DNA from: Turneriella sp.
GTDB taxonomy: Bacteria > Spirochaetota > Leptospiria > Turneriellales > Turneriellaceae
Direction: 5' to 3'
Length of the DNA: 64,000 bases
Assembly (NCBI GenBank): GCA_965279515.1
Contig: CBDIID010000003.1
Coordinates: forward strand, 704,001-768,000
Every line of letters begins with the position of its first letter. The first letter of the stretch is position 1. Of the stretch, positions 46,745 to 56,472 are shown piece by piece. The position numbers and the translations under genes are program-made. The notes under the pieces were generated by a model. The model made no database searches, was not told the origin of the DNA, and was given only the letters and a program-made list of their open reading frames with translations.

Positions 46745-47650
46745 ATGCGAAAACTCATTCTCTCAACCGCTCTGGTTGCTTTTGTAGCAACTAATTGTGG
46801 TGAAAAAAAAGAACAAGCAAGTCTTGATTCGGCGAAGTTTACCTATGTCAAAGGTGACGTACTGGTAAGCGGCAAGCCTGCAACTCTCGGTCAAACCGTG
46901 AGCAAAGATGCTACTATTGAAGTTAAAAACAACTCAATGGCAGTTCTGCAGTTTGCTAGCGCTGCATCAATCACGCTTAAAGCCAACTCTGTATTGTCTA
47001 TCGCGAACCTGAGCAAAAACGACAGCGGCAAGCCCGTTATCGAACTTTCTCAGAACACCGGTAGCTCTTTCAGCAAAATTGCGAAAGGCCAATCAGAGTT
47101 TTCAATCAAAACGCCAACCGCTGTCGCGGGTGTGCGTGGTACATCGTTTGAGTTAGTTGTCGGCAACGGCAAAACAACTCAGATCAAGCTCCTCGAAGGT
47201 AAAGTCCAGGTTTCAAAGCCTGACGCTACTAAAGAAGAGATGGCAGCAGCTCCCGTTGTGGAAGCTGGCCAGAAAGTTGAAGCTACAGCCGCTGGCGTAG
47301 CGAAACCAACAGAAATCACTGAAGCTGAGAAATCAAGCCTCCAGGCGATGAACACTGTTGAAATCGCTCCTGCAAGTGGTAAAGTTGTCGTTCCTGAAAG
47401 CGTAGAAAAATACGCAACAGGCGCAACAGCATCTGCTTCACTGACTGAAGCTGCAAAACCAGAAGTAAAGAGACTGACTCTTGCTGACATCAAGGCAAAA
47501 TACGGCCGTATCGCTCGTATTGAAACCAAGAACGGCAAGGCGTATGTCGGTTACTTCAACCAGACTGGTGCTAACATGACCATCCAAACAGTGGACGGCC
47601 AGATCAGCATCCCAGTTGCTAGCGTTCAGAAAGTTACACCCATGAACTAA
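46745..47650 (+). CDS. FecR-domain lipoprotein, LipL45-like
   Basis: Strong AGGAGG RBS; lipobox VATNC; KTPTAVAGVRGTSF FecR motif; LipL45-like C-terminus; GCT/ACT/AAA-rich codons suggest high expression. Confidence 0.8.
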   Translation: MRKLILSTALVAFVATNCGEKKEQASLDSAKFTYVKGDVLVSGKPATLGQTVSKDATIEVKNNSMAVLQFASAASITLKANSVLSIANLSKNDSGKPVIELSQNTGSSFSKIAKGQSEFSIKTPTAVAGVRGTSFELVVGNGKTTQIKLLEGKVQVSKPDATKEEMAAAPVVEAGQKVEATAAGVAKPTEITEAEKSSLQAMNTVEIAPASGKVVVPESVEKYATGATASASLTEAAKPEVKRLTLADIKAKYGRIARIETKNGKAYVGYFNQTGANMTIQTVDGQISIPVASVQKVTPMN

Positions 47651-47655
47651 CGGGT

Positions 47656-47783
47656 GGTCTCGATACGCCCATCGCCAGCGATGGGCTACTCGACCACCGG
47701 TTTGAAACCGCCTGCAAGGGCGGTTTTTTTTTTGCCCACCTGCCCGGTGGTCGAGTAGCTCACGCAGTGAGCGTATCGAGACC
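47656..47783. repeat. Inverted REP-like doublet
   Basis: GGTCTCGATACG-CCCATCGC-CA-GCGATGGG-CTACTCGACCACCGG (47656-47700) and CCGGTGGTCGAGTAG-CTCAC-GCA-GTGAG-CGTATCGAGACC (47744-47783). Confidence 0.85.
47705..47733 (+). terminator. Rho-independent terminator of the LipL45-like gene
   Basis: AAACCGCCT-GCAA-GGGCGG followed by a run of 10 T. Confidence 0.9.
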
Positions 47784-47812
47784 CTGGCTTTTTAGGCATT
47801 TTTTGGCCTTCG

Positions 47813-47839
47813 TATCATTATTGTGATAATATTGTGATA
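47813..47839 (+). promoter_or_regulatory. TA operator and leaderless extended -10 promoter
   Basis: Imperfect palindrome TATCA-TTATTG-TGATA, direct repeat ATTGTGATA x2, and TGaTAATAT 6 nt before the ATG. Confidence 0.55.
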
Positions 47840-48102
47840 TGATAGCCATACGACCCATCAGCGATCTACGGAATAATTTTGCCGAAATTTCAGAGCTCTG
47901 CCACTCTCAGGATGAACCGATTTTTTTTACCAAAAATGGCAACGGTGATCTGGCAGTGATGAGCATTGAAGCTTACGAAAAAGCACAGGCGCGACTCACG
48001 CTACTGACAAAGCTCGCAGAAGCCGAGGCTGAATCACGGGCGCGCAAAACCGCAGGTACGCACGAGGAAGTCATGGCCCGCCTTGAAAAGCTCACCTCGT
48101 AA
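47839..48102 (+). CDS. Phd/YefM-family antitoxin
   Basis: IRPISDLRNNFAEIS..EPIFFTKNG..DLAVMSIEAYE; 87 aa, immediately upstream of the toxin. Confidence 0.9.
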   Translation: MIAIRPISDLRNNFAEISELCHSQDEPIFFTKNGNGDLAVMSIEAYEKAQARLTLLTKLAEAEAESRARKTAGTHEEVMARLEKLTS

Positions 48103-48107
48103 AAACG

Positions 48108-48419
48108 ATGGCGTCCCCGCCGTTTCAGATTCGCTACCTGCCCGTTGCAGAAAATGACCTGGTGGACATCTTAACTTATCTGAAAGAGAGAAACGGACAA
48201 GCCGCCCGGAACCTGCTCGCCGCAATGAATAAGAATATCGGTCTGCTTGCAGAGAATCCGTATTTGGGCTCGATACCGAAGGATGAAACGATAAAAAAAA
48301 CAGGTCACCGCTTTATGCTTGTGGATAATTATCTCATCTTCTACGTCGTGTATGAACGCACCGTGGAAATCCGGCGGGTTTTGCACGGCGCCCGTGATCT
48401 GCGTGCCTTGCTCATCTGA
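48108..48419 (+). CDS. RelE/ParE-family toxin (ParE-like)
   Basis: AENDLVDI, LAENPYLG, YLIFY and IRRVLHGARD. Confidence 0.9.
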   Translation: MASPPFQIRYLPVAENDLVDILTYLKERNGQAARNLLAAMNKNIGLLAENPYLGSIPKDETIKKTGHRFMLVDNYLIFYVVYERTVEIRRVLHGARDLRALLI

Positions 48420-48424
48420 CCGCT

Positions 48425-51400
48425 ATGCCGTTTAACATCCCCGAATTCCCCATCGCCCTGCGCCTGTTTTTCTACCAGTTCTTTATCGTCGCCGCCAACG
48501 TTGCCGCGCGCACCAGCCGCGATACCTTTCTCATGCAGGGTTCGTATGCGAAACACCTGCCGCTGTTAATCGCTTTTACCGCCGTCGTCATGTATCTCGT
48601 CGTGCGGGCGCAGACGCTGTTCGCGGGGGGTAGAAGCCCGGTGGTGATCGCGGTTGCCGCCCCGCTGATCGCGACGCTCTCGTATGTCGCCTTCTGGGTT
48701 TTTCCGATGACGGGCCCCGCCTCGGCGATCTACTTCATCTGGACGGAAGTTGTAAACTCACTCTTATCAGTGCAGTTCTGGATTCTCGCGACCGCGGTGC
48801 TCGACATGCGCACGGGTAAAAAGCTCTTTGGCGTGATCGGTGCGGGCGGGGCCATCGGCGGCCTCATTGCGGGCCTCGTGCTGGCACCCCTGGGTAAAAA
48901 AATCGGCGTTGCATTCCTGCCGCTCTCGGCGGGTATTCTGCTCGTCGCGGCGATTCCGTTTGTCCTCGGGCTTAAGGCGCGCGCCAGCGATGATGCGGGT
49001 TCTTCCACTACAGCAACGGCGAACAGCGAATGGAATCTTTCGCATCCCTATATCCGCATACTCTGCCTGCTGCTGATACCGGCGACGATCGTCTCGACGC
49101 TGGTGGATTACCAGTTCAAAATTGTTTCTGCTGCGGCTATCCCCGATAGCGGCCAGCTCGCCGCGTACTATGCGCGCTATTATGCAATTCTCAATGGCCT
49201 GACACTGGCTTTTCAGATCTTCGTGACGTCTTTCTTTCTGACAAGGCTCGGCCTGCTGTTCTCGTTGCTTTTTCTGCCCGCAGCGCTGACACTGTTTATG
49301 GCGCCGATGGCGCCGCTGTCACTGACCGCCGGCACATCGGCGCTTTCGATACTCGTCGCGCTCAGCTTCGCGGGCCGGCTCTCTGACCAGACGGTGAAGT
49401 TCACCATCTACCAGGGGGCATTCCAGCTGCTGTGGCTGCCTGTGCCACCACTCAGAAAACCTGCGCTCAAGATGTCGGTCGAGGCGGTCATCAAAAACGG
49501 GATTGCCGGCGTCGCTGGTTTGGGCATCGCCGCCGCGGCTTATTTTTTTCCGCCGAAGAGCGCAGCATTTTTTCAACTGCAGACTTTGCTCTCGGCCGTC
49601 ACCCTGGGCTTTCTCGCGCTATGGCTCTTTGCCGCGTATAAATCGCGGCAAGGTTACCGCAAGTATCTCGTCGAATCGCTGGGCAACCGCATGATCGACT
49701 TCTCGGCGGAGTCGATCGAGATCAATTCGCCGGAAATCCGTGAGACCCTGCAGCAGGCGCTGATCAGCGGCGAAGAGGGCCGCGTCGCCTTCGCGCTCGA
49801 CATTCTGGGTACGCAGGATCTCACAGGCTGGGAAAACGATCTGCAGGAAATCTTTGACCGGGTGTCGCCGCTCATTCAGACCAGGATTCTCGAGCTCGCC
49901 GAACGGCAGCCGGCACTGCTCGGGAAAAAATTTATTCTTTCCTTAGCTGAAGGCAAGAGCGAGCAGCGCATCGCCGCGCTTGTCATCGGCACGCGGCGAA
50001 AATACGACGAGATCCAGGCGATTTTAGGATCGTACCCCGGCGGGGAAAGTTTTGCCGCCATCATGGCGCTCTGCTGCCGCGCTTCGCTGACCGAAAAAAA
50101 CAGCCAGCTCACCGAGAAGTTCAATAACCTGCTCGAAAACATCGACCCGGCGGTGCGCGCCGCGGCGCTTGAGGCGGCCCTGCATTTCCCGGAATTTGCC
50201 GATATCAGTTCGCTGCGCAACCGCCTCATCGACAGCCGCAGCGAGGTGCGCCGCCTGGCGCTCGAAGTCGTGCGTGCGGGGGCCAAACATGCGCTGGTGC
50301 GCGAGGTTGTACTGAATCTCTCGGATGCGAAGGCCTATGGCGTCGCGCGCGCCGCCCTCGCGGCGATCCATCCGACGGTCGTCGAAAATGAGTTTGCGTC
50401 ACCCGAATATTTCGACCGCTCGAATGCAGACCTGATCTACGGCATCTTTCGTTTTCTCGGCGGCACGGGCTCTGCCGCGAGCCTCGAAATCATACTCGAC
50501 CATGTCAATGCTTCGAACCCGCGAATTTTCACCGAGGCCTGCAAGTCGATCACTGCCCTCGTCGAAGCCGTAGGCAGACCGGCGGCCATCAAAGAGCAGA
50601 TGGAAAGGAAAATTGAAGAGGCATGCGGCCTCTACTTTGTTGCCTTAAAACTGGTGACCTCCAATAGCACCTTTGCCGGTGAGCGTATCCTGGTGCTCGA
50701 ATGGCTCGAAAGTGCGATGGCACAATGGCTGATCGGCGCGTGCCGGCTTGCCACGGCAGGCCAGGGGCTGACCAATATTGAAGCGCGTTTTGACGGGCGG
50801 CAACTGCGAAAATCAAAACGCAGCGAGTTCCTGGAAATTATCGAAAATGCCTCGGGCGCACATACGAAAGCCCTGCTGATCGCAATTCTGGATGCCCCTT
50901 CCGATGAGGCCATTATCGCGAGGCTCGATCACCTGCTGGAAAGCCCGCCGCGGCCGGGCAAAGAATGGCTGCGCTCGGGCGATGACTGGCAGGCGGCGAT
51001 GGCCGCGCTCATCGTCATTGGTTCGGGGGGGGATGCCAACCGGCGCTGGCGGCTGTTATCCCGGCGCAGTCTGCCGCCCCTCGCCGAAGAAATCGTCCGC
51101 ACGAAAATAGCCGCACACGCCGAAACCTGGCGCAAGGCTCTTTCGCAGAGAAATCTTTCCGTATTCGATAAATATTTCGGCAATGAGGAGAAACTCACCA
51201 TGTACCCTACCCTCGAAAAAATCCTGCTTTTGAAATCGGTCGGTATGTTCAGCAATATTTCGGGCGAAGATATCTCACGCCTGATACAGATCTCGCGCGA
51301 AGTGGAGATGCCCGCCGGCACCCAGGTCTTCCATGCGGGAGATGAAGGCCACGAACTCTTTATTTTGCTCGCGGGTGAGATTAAAATTCACCGCGACGGG

Positions 51401-51631
51401 CGCGACCTCGCGACACTGAAGCGCGGCGACTTTCTCGGCGAGATGGCGCTGCTCGACAACGAGCCGCGTTCGGCCGATGCGACAACGGTCAGCGACTGCA
51501 AGCTGCTCAGCATCGGTCAGCAGGATTTTTTTGACGTGCTCTCGGGCAGGCCCGAGATTTTGAAGGGTATTCTGCGCCTCTTGTCGGCGCGGCTGCGAAA
51601 ATCGATACAGGCATCGGGAGTTCCCGCCTGA
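48425..51631 (+). CDS. NTT/TLC-like nucleotide transporter fused to HEAT repeats and a cNMP-binding domain
   Basis: MFS-like N-terminus (RDTFL, QFWILA..KKLFGVIGAGG, LVDYQFK), a helical repeat middle, and C-terminal LEKILLLKSV..GDFLGEMALLDNEPRSADA. Confidence 0.85.
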   Translation: MPFNIPEFPIALRLFFYQFFIVAANVAARTSRDTFLMQGSYAKHLPLLIAFTAVVMYLVVRAQTLFAGGRSPVVIAVAAPLIATLSYVAFWVFPMTGPASAIYFIWTEVVNSLLSVQFWILATAVLDMRTGKKLFGVIGAGGAIGGLIAGLVLAPLGKKIGVAFLPLSAGILLVAAIPFVLGLKARASDDAGSSTTATANSEWNLSHPYIRILCLLLIPATIVSTLVDYQFKIVSAAAIPDSGQLAAYYARYYAILNGLTLAFQIFVTSFFLTRLGLLFSLLFLPAALTLFMAPMAPLSLTAGTSALSILVALSFAGRLSDQTVKFTIYQGAFQLLWLPVPPLRKPALKMSVEAVIKNGIAGVAGLGIAAAAYFFPPKSAAFFQLQTLLSAVTLGFLALWLFAAYKSRQGYRKYLVESLGNRMIDFSAESIEINSPEIRETLQQALISGEEGRVAFALDILGTQDLTGWENDLQEIFDRVSPLIQTRILELAERQPALLGKKFILSLAEGKSEQRIAALVIGTRRKYDEIQAILGSYPGGESFAAIMALCCRASLTEKNSQLTEKFNNLLENIDPAVRAAALEAALHFPEFADISSLRNRLIDSRSEVRRLALEVVRAGAKHALVREVVLNLSDAKAYGVARAALAAIHPTVVENEFASPEYFDRSNADLIYGIFRFLGGTGSAASLEIILDHVNASNPRIFTEACKSITALVEAVGRPAAIKEQMERKIEEACGLYFVALKLVTSNSTFAGERILVLEWLESAMAQWLIGACRLATAGQGLTNIEARFDGRQLRKSKRSEFLEIIENASGAHTKALLIAILDAPSDEAIIARLDHLLESPPRPGKEWLRSGDDWQAAMAALIVIGSGGDANRRWRLLSRRSLPPLAEEIVRTKIAAHAETWRKALSQRNLSVFDKYFGNEEKLTMYPTLEKILLLKSVGMFSNISGEDISRLIQISREVEMPAGTQVFHAGDEGHELFILLAGEIKIHRDGRDLATLKRGDFLGEMALLDNEPRSADATTVSDCKLLSIGQQDFFDVLSGRPEILKGILRLLSARLRKSIQASGVPA

Positions 51632-51644
51632 TACTTACCGGCGT

Positions 51645-52415
51645 ATGAGCCGATACCGGTTTTCCCTCTACGCTACCAGCCTCTGGTTAGCGAGTCAGGG
51701 TATTTTTGCGCAGGCCCAGCCACAGACACCTTCGCTGCGCCAGAGTAAACTCGATGAGAAGACCGGCGAGGTTGCAAAGGGTGACGGCTGGAGCGGCAAG
51801 ATTGGCTTTGGTTATGCGCTGAATTATCCTTCATATATATCGGGTGTTTTTCAGTTTTCGGAAGTCAGTTATGAATTCGCGAACCAGCGTATTCTCGCCA
51901 GCAGTGAGACAAGCGGCACCATTGAAAACGGCAGCATCAAAAAACCGAACGGGGTTTTGAACGCCGGCTACGATTACAGCATAGACCGCTTTCGTTTTTT
52001 TATCTATACCAATTATGAATTCGGCGTCGTTACCGGGCTCGAAAGTAATACCGTTCTCGGTGCGGGCCTGCGCTATATGTTTTTCAAATTCGACCGCTTT
52101 ACGTTTGATTCCGGTATTGCGCCGATCTACGAGCGCACGGCCTACGTCGACGACACCCTGAATGAGACGCTTTCCATTTCGCTGCGCGGCCGGATCAAGG
52201 TCTTTCTGGCAGACTTCGACAGCCTCTATGTCACCTGGCTCTTTCTGCAGAGTACAAATGAGAGCAAGAACCAATGGCATGCGGCCGAGGTCATCAACAA
52301 CACGGTACTGACGCCGCGTATCTCGATACGCCAGGCATACCGCTGGCGTTATGATGTGTTCTCGGGCTCTTCGGCGGGGTTGGCCTACCTGATTGCGGTT
52401 TTCAGCTTTGATTAG
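51645..52415 (+). CDS. DUF481-like outer-membrane beta-barrel protein
   Basis: Signal peptide, alternating amphipathic beta strands, GAGLRY and an aromatic C-terminus. Confidence 0.65.
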   Translation: MSRYRFSLYATSLWLASQGIFAQAQPQTPSLRQSKLDEKTGEVAKGDGWSGKIGFGYALNYPSYISGVFQFSEVSYEFANQRILASSETSGTIENGSIKKPNGVLNAGYDYSIDRFRFFIYTNYEFGVVTGLESNTVLGAGLRYMFFKFDRFTFDSGIAPIYERTAYVDDTLNETLSISLRGRIKVFLADFDSLYVTWLFLQSTNESKNQWHAAEVINNTVLTPRISIRQAYRWRYDVFSGSSAGLAYLIAVFSFD

Positions 52416-52449
52416 ATTTCAGGCTGTCTCAAATGCCGGAAATGGCGCG

Positions 52450-53382
52450 ATGAGAATCCTCCTTATTTCGATTTCTTTGTTTCTGGTGGCTTCTGCCCAT
52501 GCGGCCGACCTGCCCCCCAACGAATTGGGCAAAATCCCGATTCTGACCTACCATAAAATTTCTGACGAAGACACCGAGTACACCCGTAGCCGGGAGAGTT
52601 TTGCCAAAGACCTCGTGTTATTGAAGAAACACGGGTTTTATCCCGTCACACTGGCCGAACTGCGTACGGGAAAGATCACTGCGCCCAAGGGGAAAATCCC
52701 CCTTCTGATCACCTTCGACGATTCGTCGGAGTCGCAGTTTAAATACGAGGCGGATGGTTCGCTGACGCCAGGCTGCGGCGTCGAAATCATGGAGCGCTTC
52801 CAGAAACAGAACCCGGATTTTCCCCTGAAGGGTGTGTTCTTCGTTCTGCCCAAGGCCCAGTACCCGAATAATTTTTTCGGCCAGACCGATAAGATCGGTG
52901 CAAAACTCAAATACCTGACGGGTAAGGGTTTTGAAATCGGCTCGCACACACTCTGGCATGCCAACCTGAAAAAATACAAAAATAAAATTGAAGAACAACT
53001 CGGTCTCGGCACATACGAGATCCAGAAATACCTGAAAGGATACCCCGTTTACGCCTTTGCCCTGCCCTATGGAATCTTTCCACCCAAGGCCGACGAGCCA
53101 CGACTGCGGGCAGGGAAGTACAAGGGGAAATCCTACAAACATGACATGATCTTTGATTATTCGAATGCCCTCAGCCACTCGGTGTATGACGCGAAATTTG
53201 ACACCTACCACATTCGCCGGCTGCACGGGAATGAGGCGACGCTGGCAAAACTTTTCAAACGCGTCACCAAAGATAAACAGATTTTTTTCATCAGCGACGG
53301 GAACCCCGAAACGGTGACGGTCAAAAAAGCCGATGCCGACCGGGTGAAACTCAAGGGTACTTTGAAGCTGATCACGTATTAA
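52450..53382 (+). CDS. Secreted polysaccharide deacetylase (CE4/NodB) family protein
   Basis: Signal peptide; IPILTYH, ITFDDS, EIGSHTLWH and FALPYG. Confidence 0.88.
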   Translation: MRILLISISLFLVASAHAADLPPNELGKIPILTYHKISDEDTEYTRSRESFAKDLVLLKKHGFYPVTLAELRTGKITAPKGKIPLLITFDDSSESQFKYEADGSLTPGCGVEIMERFQKQNPDFPLKGVFFVLPKAQYPNNFFGQTDKIGAKLKYLTGKGFEIGSHTLWHANLKKYKNKIEEQLGLGTYEIQKYLKGYPVYAFALPYGIFPPKADEPRLRAGKYKGKSYKHDMIFDYSNALSHSVYDAKFDTYHIRRLHGNEATLAKLFKRVTKDKQIFFISDGNPETVTVKKADADRVKLKGTLKLITY

Positions 53383-53425
53383 AAAGCTTGCCGCGAAGTA
53401 TGGCCGCGTAACCAAACCCGGACGC

Positions 53426-55564
53426 ATGAGCTTACGCATTTTTCTCGCCCTGATTCTCGGGGGCCTGACCACCGGTATATTCGGGCTCGATGAGGCAGAT
53501 GAAAAAGAGGCCGCATTGCGGCTGAGCCGCGCGTTCAGCGCCTACTACGCCGAAAAGCCCGTCGCGGCGGCAAAGGCCTTCGAAGAATACCTGAAAATTA
53601 AGGGCGATAACGAAGTAGCGTTGCGCTATCTCGCGCGGATTGCCCTCTCCAGCGGCGATATGACCAGCGCAGTGCTTTATCTCGAGCGCGGTGTCAAGGC
53701 CGACCCGACAGCGATCTATTCGTTGCAGCTGTTATCTGAAATCTATCTCAAGCAAAACAAGCTCGACGACGCCGCACGCGTGCTGGGCCTTATTTTGAAG
53801 GGCGATCCGCTCAACGAGCGCGCGCTTCAGGTGCTGGCGTATATTTACCAGCAAAAGAACGATCACCGCCAGGCGGCGACGTATTATAAACGCCTCATCA
53901 TCGCGGTGCAAAAAGGCACGGGCAACCCCGATGTCATGTCGCAGGCCCTGTATTTTCTGGGGAATTATTATTACCAGCAGGATAACTTCTTTAAATCCCT
54001 GAATTACTTCCGTAAACTCTATGAGCTCGATTCCGATAACGGCCGTTACCTGCTGATAATCGGCGAGCTGCAGAAGATCACGGGCCAGTTCAAACAATCG
54101 GCGGCCACCCACGAGAAACTGATTGAACGCCAGCCCGATTTCGCGCAGGCCTACGAATCGCTGGCAGAAACCTATTTTATACTGAATGATCCCCGCGCAT
54201 TAGCGATGATCCGGAAGTTTAAGAAGTTCAAAAAGGACGATAAGCCCGGTCTGCTTGAGGGTATCGAACAACAGCTCAACGGCAAAGACGATGAGGCGCT
54301 GAAGGCATTTGAGCAGATTCTCGGCGCCAACCAGAACCGCTTGAGTGCCCGCCTTGGCCGCTTTCGTATCTACGAGAAAAGAAAGTTAACGACGGACGCC
54401 CGCAATGAAGCCTTCGCCGTTGTCGTCATCGCGCAGCGCCTGAATGCGTACGAGCTCGCGCGCGAATATGCCCATGTCACGCTGGGGTATCTCAACCGCC
54501 AGGCGCTCGAAACAAAATTCCGCGAGAAGTTTTTTATTCCCGCAAAAACACTGAACCCGGCGTCGATTCTCGACGGCGAAACCGAACAGCTCGCCATTGA
54601 TTTTGTCGAACTTTATACCACGCATGCAACGACGCTCGAGAACACCAATGAGCGCAGCGTTGCCGTCACGTACCAGGAACTCGCCGCACAGACCATCGAG
54701 CAATTGCAAGTCTGGTACACGGCGATGCTGAAAAATCCGTCGATTACGGGCGATGCGCAGAAGCTCGCCAAGGCGGAAAAACGCGGGCGTGAGGCGAAGA
54801 ACCAACTCTACCAGACGCGCGTGAATTTGGCCTGGACTCAGGTCAACATCAAGGGTGCGCTGGGCGATGCGACGAAGAATGCTGATACGGCCCTCGCGAT
54901 TGAAAAAGAATATGCGACTGCATACTTTGTGAAGGGTATTATCCATAACAATTTGGGGGAGAAAACCCCGAGTGAATATAAGACGGCTTCTTCATTCTTT
55001 CTGCGCGCCATTGAAATTACGGAGCTTAAAAGCAAAAAGAAAGTCGCGCCGGCGAATTATTACTTCTACTCGGGCATGGCGCTTGAGAAGACCGATGACT
55101 TTCCCGCGGCCGAAAAGCAGCTGAAACGCACGATTGAACTCGATCCCTACAACCCAACCTACCTCAACTACCTCGGCTACATGTATTCGCTGCGCAACAT
55201 GAACCTGCCCGACGCGAATAACCTGGTCTTGCGCGCGCTTGAGGATGACCCGGAAAACGAAGCCTATCTCGACACCTTTGGCTGGATTCAATACAAACTC
55301 GGCAATTACCGCGAAGCGCTGGAACAACTCACGGTAGCGGCATCATTCGCGGCGAAAAAATCTTCCGTTGATCCGGTGATTTATTTTCACCTCGCCGAAG
55401 TGCACAACAAGATGAACAACCGGGTCACTGCAATTGAATATTATAATAAGACGCTCACGGATATTAAAAAAGCGTCGGAACCCATGGACGCAGCCTATAT
55501 TGGCTCTCAGATCAAAAAACTGGAATCAGAAAATAAACAATCTAAAAAAGAGGATAAAAAATGA
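53426..55564 (+). CDS. Exported tetratricopeptide-repeat protein
   Basis: Signal peptide and multiple TPRs; C-terminal LNYLGY..ALEDDPENEAYLDTFGWIQYKLG. Confidence 0.9.
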   Translation: MSLRIFLALILGGLTTGIFGLDEADEKEAALRLSRAFSAYYAEKPVAAAKAFEEYLKIKGDNEVALRYLARIALSSGDMTSAVLYLERGVKADPTAIYSLQLLSEIYLKQNKLDDAARVLGLILKGDPLNERALQVLAYIYQQKNDHRQAATYYKRLIIAVQKGTGNPDVMSQALYFLGNYYYQQDNFFKSLNYFRKLYELDSDNGRYLLIIGELQKITGQFKQSAATHEKLIERQPDFAQAYESLAETYFILNDPRALAMIRKFKKFKKDDKPGLLEGIEQQLNGKDDEALKAFEQILGANQNRLSARLGRFRIYEKRKLTTDARNEAFAVVVIAQRLNAYELAREYAHVTLGYLNRQALETKFREKFFIPAKTLNPASILDGETEQLAIDFVELYTTHATTLENTNERSVAVTYQELAAQTIEQLQVWYTAMLKNPSITGDAQKLAKAEKRGREAKNQLYQTRVNLAWTQVNIKGALGDATKNADTALAIEKEYATAYFVKGIIHNNLGEKTPSEYKTASSFFLRAIEITELKSKKKVAPANYYFYSGMALEKTDDFPAAEKQLKRTIELDPYNPTYLNYLGYMYSLRNMNLPDANNLVLRALEDDPENEAYLDTFGWIQYKLGNYREALEQLTVAASFAAKKSSVDPVIYFHLAEVHNKMNNRVTAIEYYNKTLTDIKKASEPMDAAYIGSQIKKLESENKQSKKEDKK

Positions 55565-56472
55565 AGTATAAGGACTTTAACGAATTCCGCGAGGCTTATA
55601 AAAAGCGCGCGCTGAGCCCCGAGTTTAAAAGTGCGGGTCTCGAAACCATAAAACAAATACACGAAGAAATTCTCGATAAACCTATTAAAGAATGGCTTGA
55701 TATCGCGGCGGATGTCTCTCCCGACCGCAACGGCGAAAGCGAATGGCGCCATGCCCTCGAAGCCATCGTCAAAGACATACGCGGCAAGAGCCAGGCAATC
55801 ATCGTCAAGAACGGCCGCACCGGCCGCGATATTCTCGAGCAGGCTTCGATCGACGAATGGAAAAAGGTCGCACAACACCCGATAGACATTCCTGCAGAAA
55901 CCGTGCGCGAAATCATGAGCCAGAAAGCAGTCAAAGAACTGTTCCTGAACGTGGTGCACGATTCGATCACAGGTTTTACGAAAAGCATCAAATTGCCTCT
56001 CGTGGGCGACCTCAACAAGGTTGTCGACGACAAGATGATCAAGGGCTTTCTCACACCATTCATGGATTCGATCACGAAAATCGCGACCGACTTCGTGAAC
56101 AATAAATCAAACCAGCCGATGATGAGCGAGTTCGCGGGCCAGTTGCTCGAAATCGCCCTCGACCAGAAGCCGACCATACTCGACGCTCTCATGAACCCTG
56201 AACTCGAAAACAAGGTCTGGGTTGCAATCCACACGACAGCCGCCGACAAGACGTTCCGCAAGCTCAGCCACGAGCATGTGCTCGACGTCATTAAAGCCAT
56301 GAAAAAAGATGCGGGTGACAAAACGCTGCGCCAATGGCTCAAAGAACAGAATCGTACGATACCGTTCAGCGCACCGACCGACAAAGAACTCGCGCATATG
56401 CAAAAGGTATTGGCGGAATCTGAAGCGTGCGCCAAATTCATGTTCACGGAACTTTCTTTCCACAGCGCCTGA
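55561..56472 (+). CDS. Hypothetical soluble, probably all-helical protein
   Basis: AGAGGA RBS, overlap-coupled to both neighbours, host-like codon usage. Confidence 0.75.
   Translation: MKYKDFNEFREAYKKRALSPEFKSAGLETIKQIHEEILDKPIKEWLDIAADVSPDRNGESEWRHALEAIVKDIRGKSQAIIVKNGRTGRDILEQASIDEWKKVAQHPIDIPAETVREIMSQKAVKELFLNVVHDSITGFTKSIKLPLVGDLNKVVDDKMIKGFLTPFMDSITKIATDFVNNKSNQPMMSEFAGQLLEIALDQKPTILDALMNPELENKVWVAIHTTAADKTFRKLSHEHVLDVIKAMKKDAGDKTLRQWLKEQNRTIPFSAPTDKELAHMQKVLAESEACAKFMFTELSFHSA

Noticed and set aside
46745..47650. AT-rich LipL45-like gene as a horizontally acquired island
   Set aside because: The bias is toward GCT/ACT/GTT/AAA/AAC codons with a strong RBS and terminator, which fits high expression better than foreign origin.
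52618..53472. 284-aa antisense ORF
   Set aside because: Shadow of the polysaccharide deacetylase, which carries clear CE4 motifs.
55596..56447. 283-aa antisense ORF as the real gene
   Set aside because: Ser-rich shadow; the plus-strand ORF has an RBS and is coupled to both neighbours.
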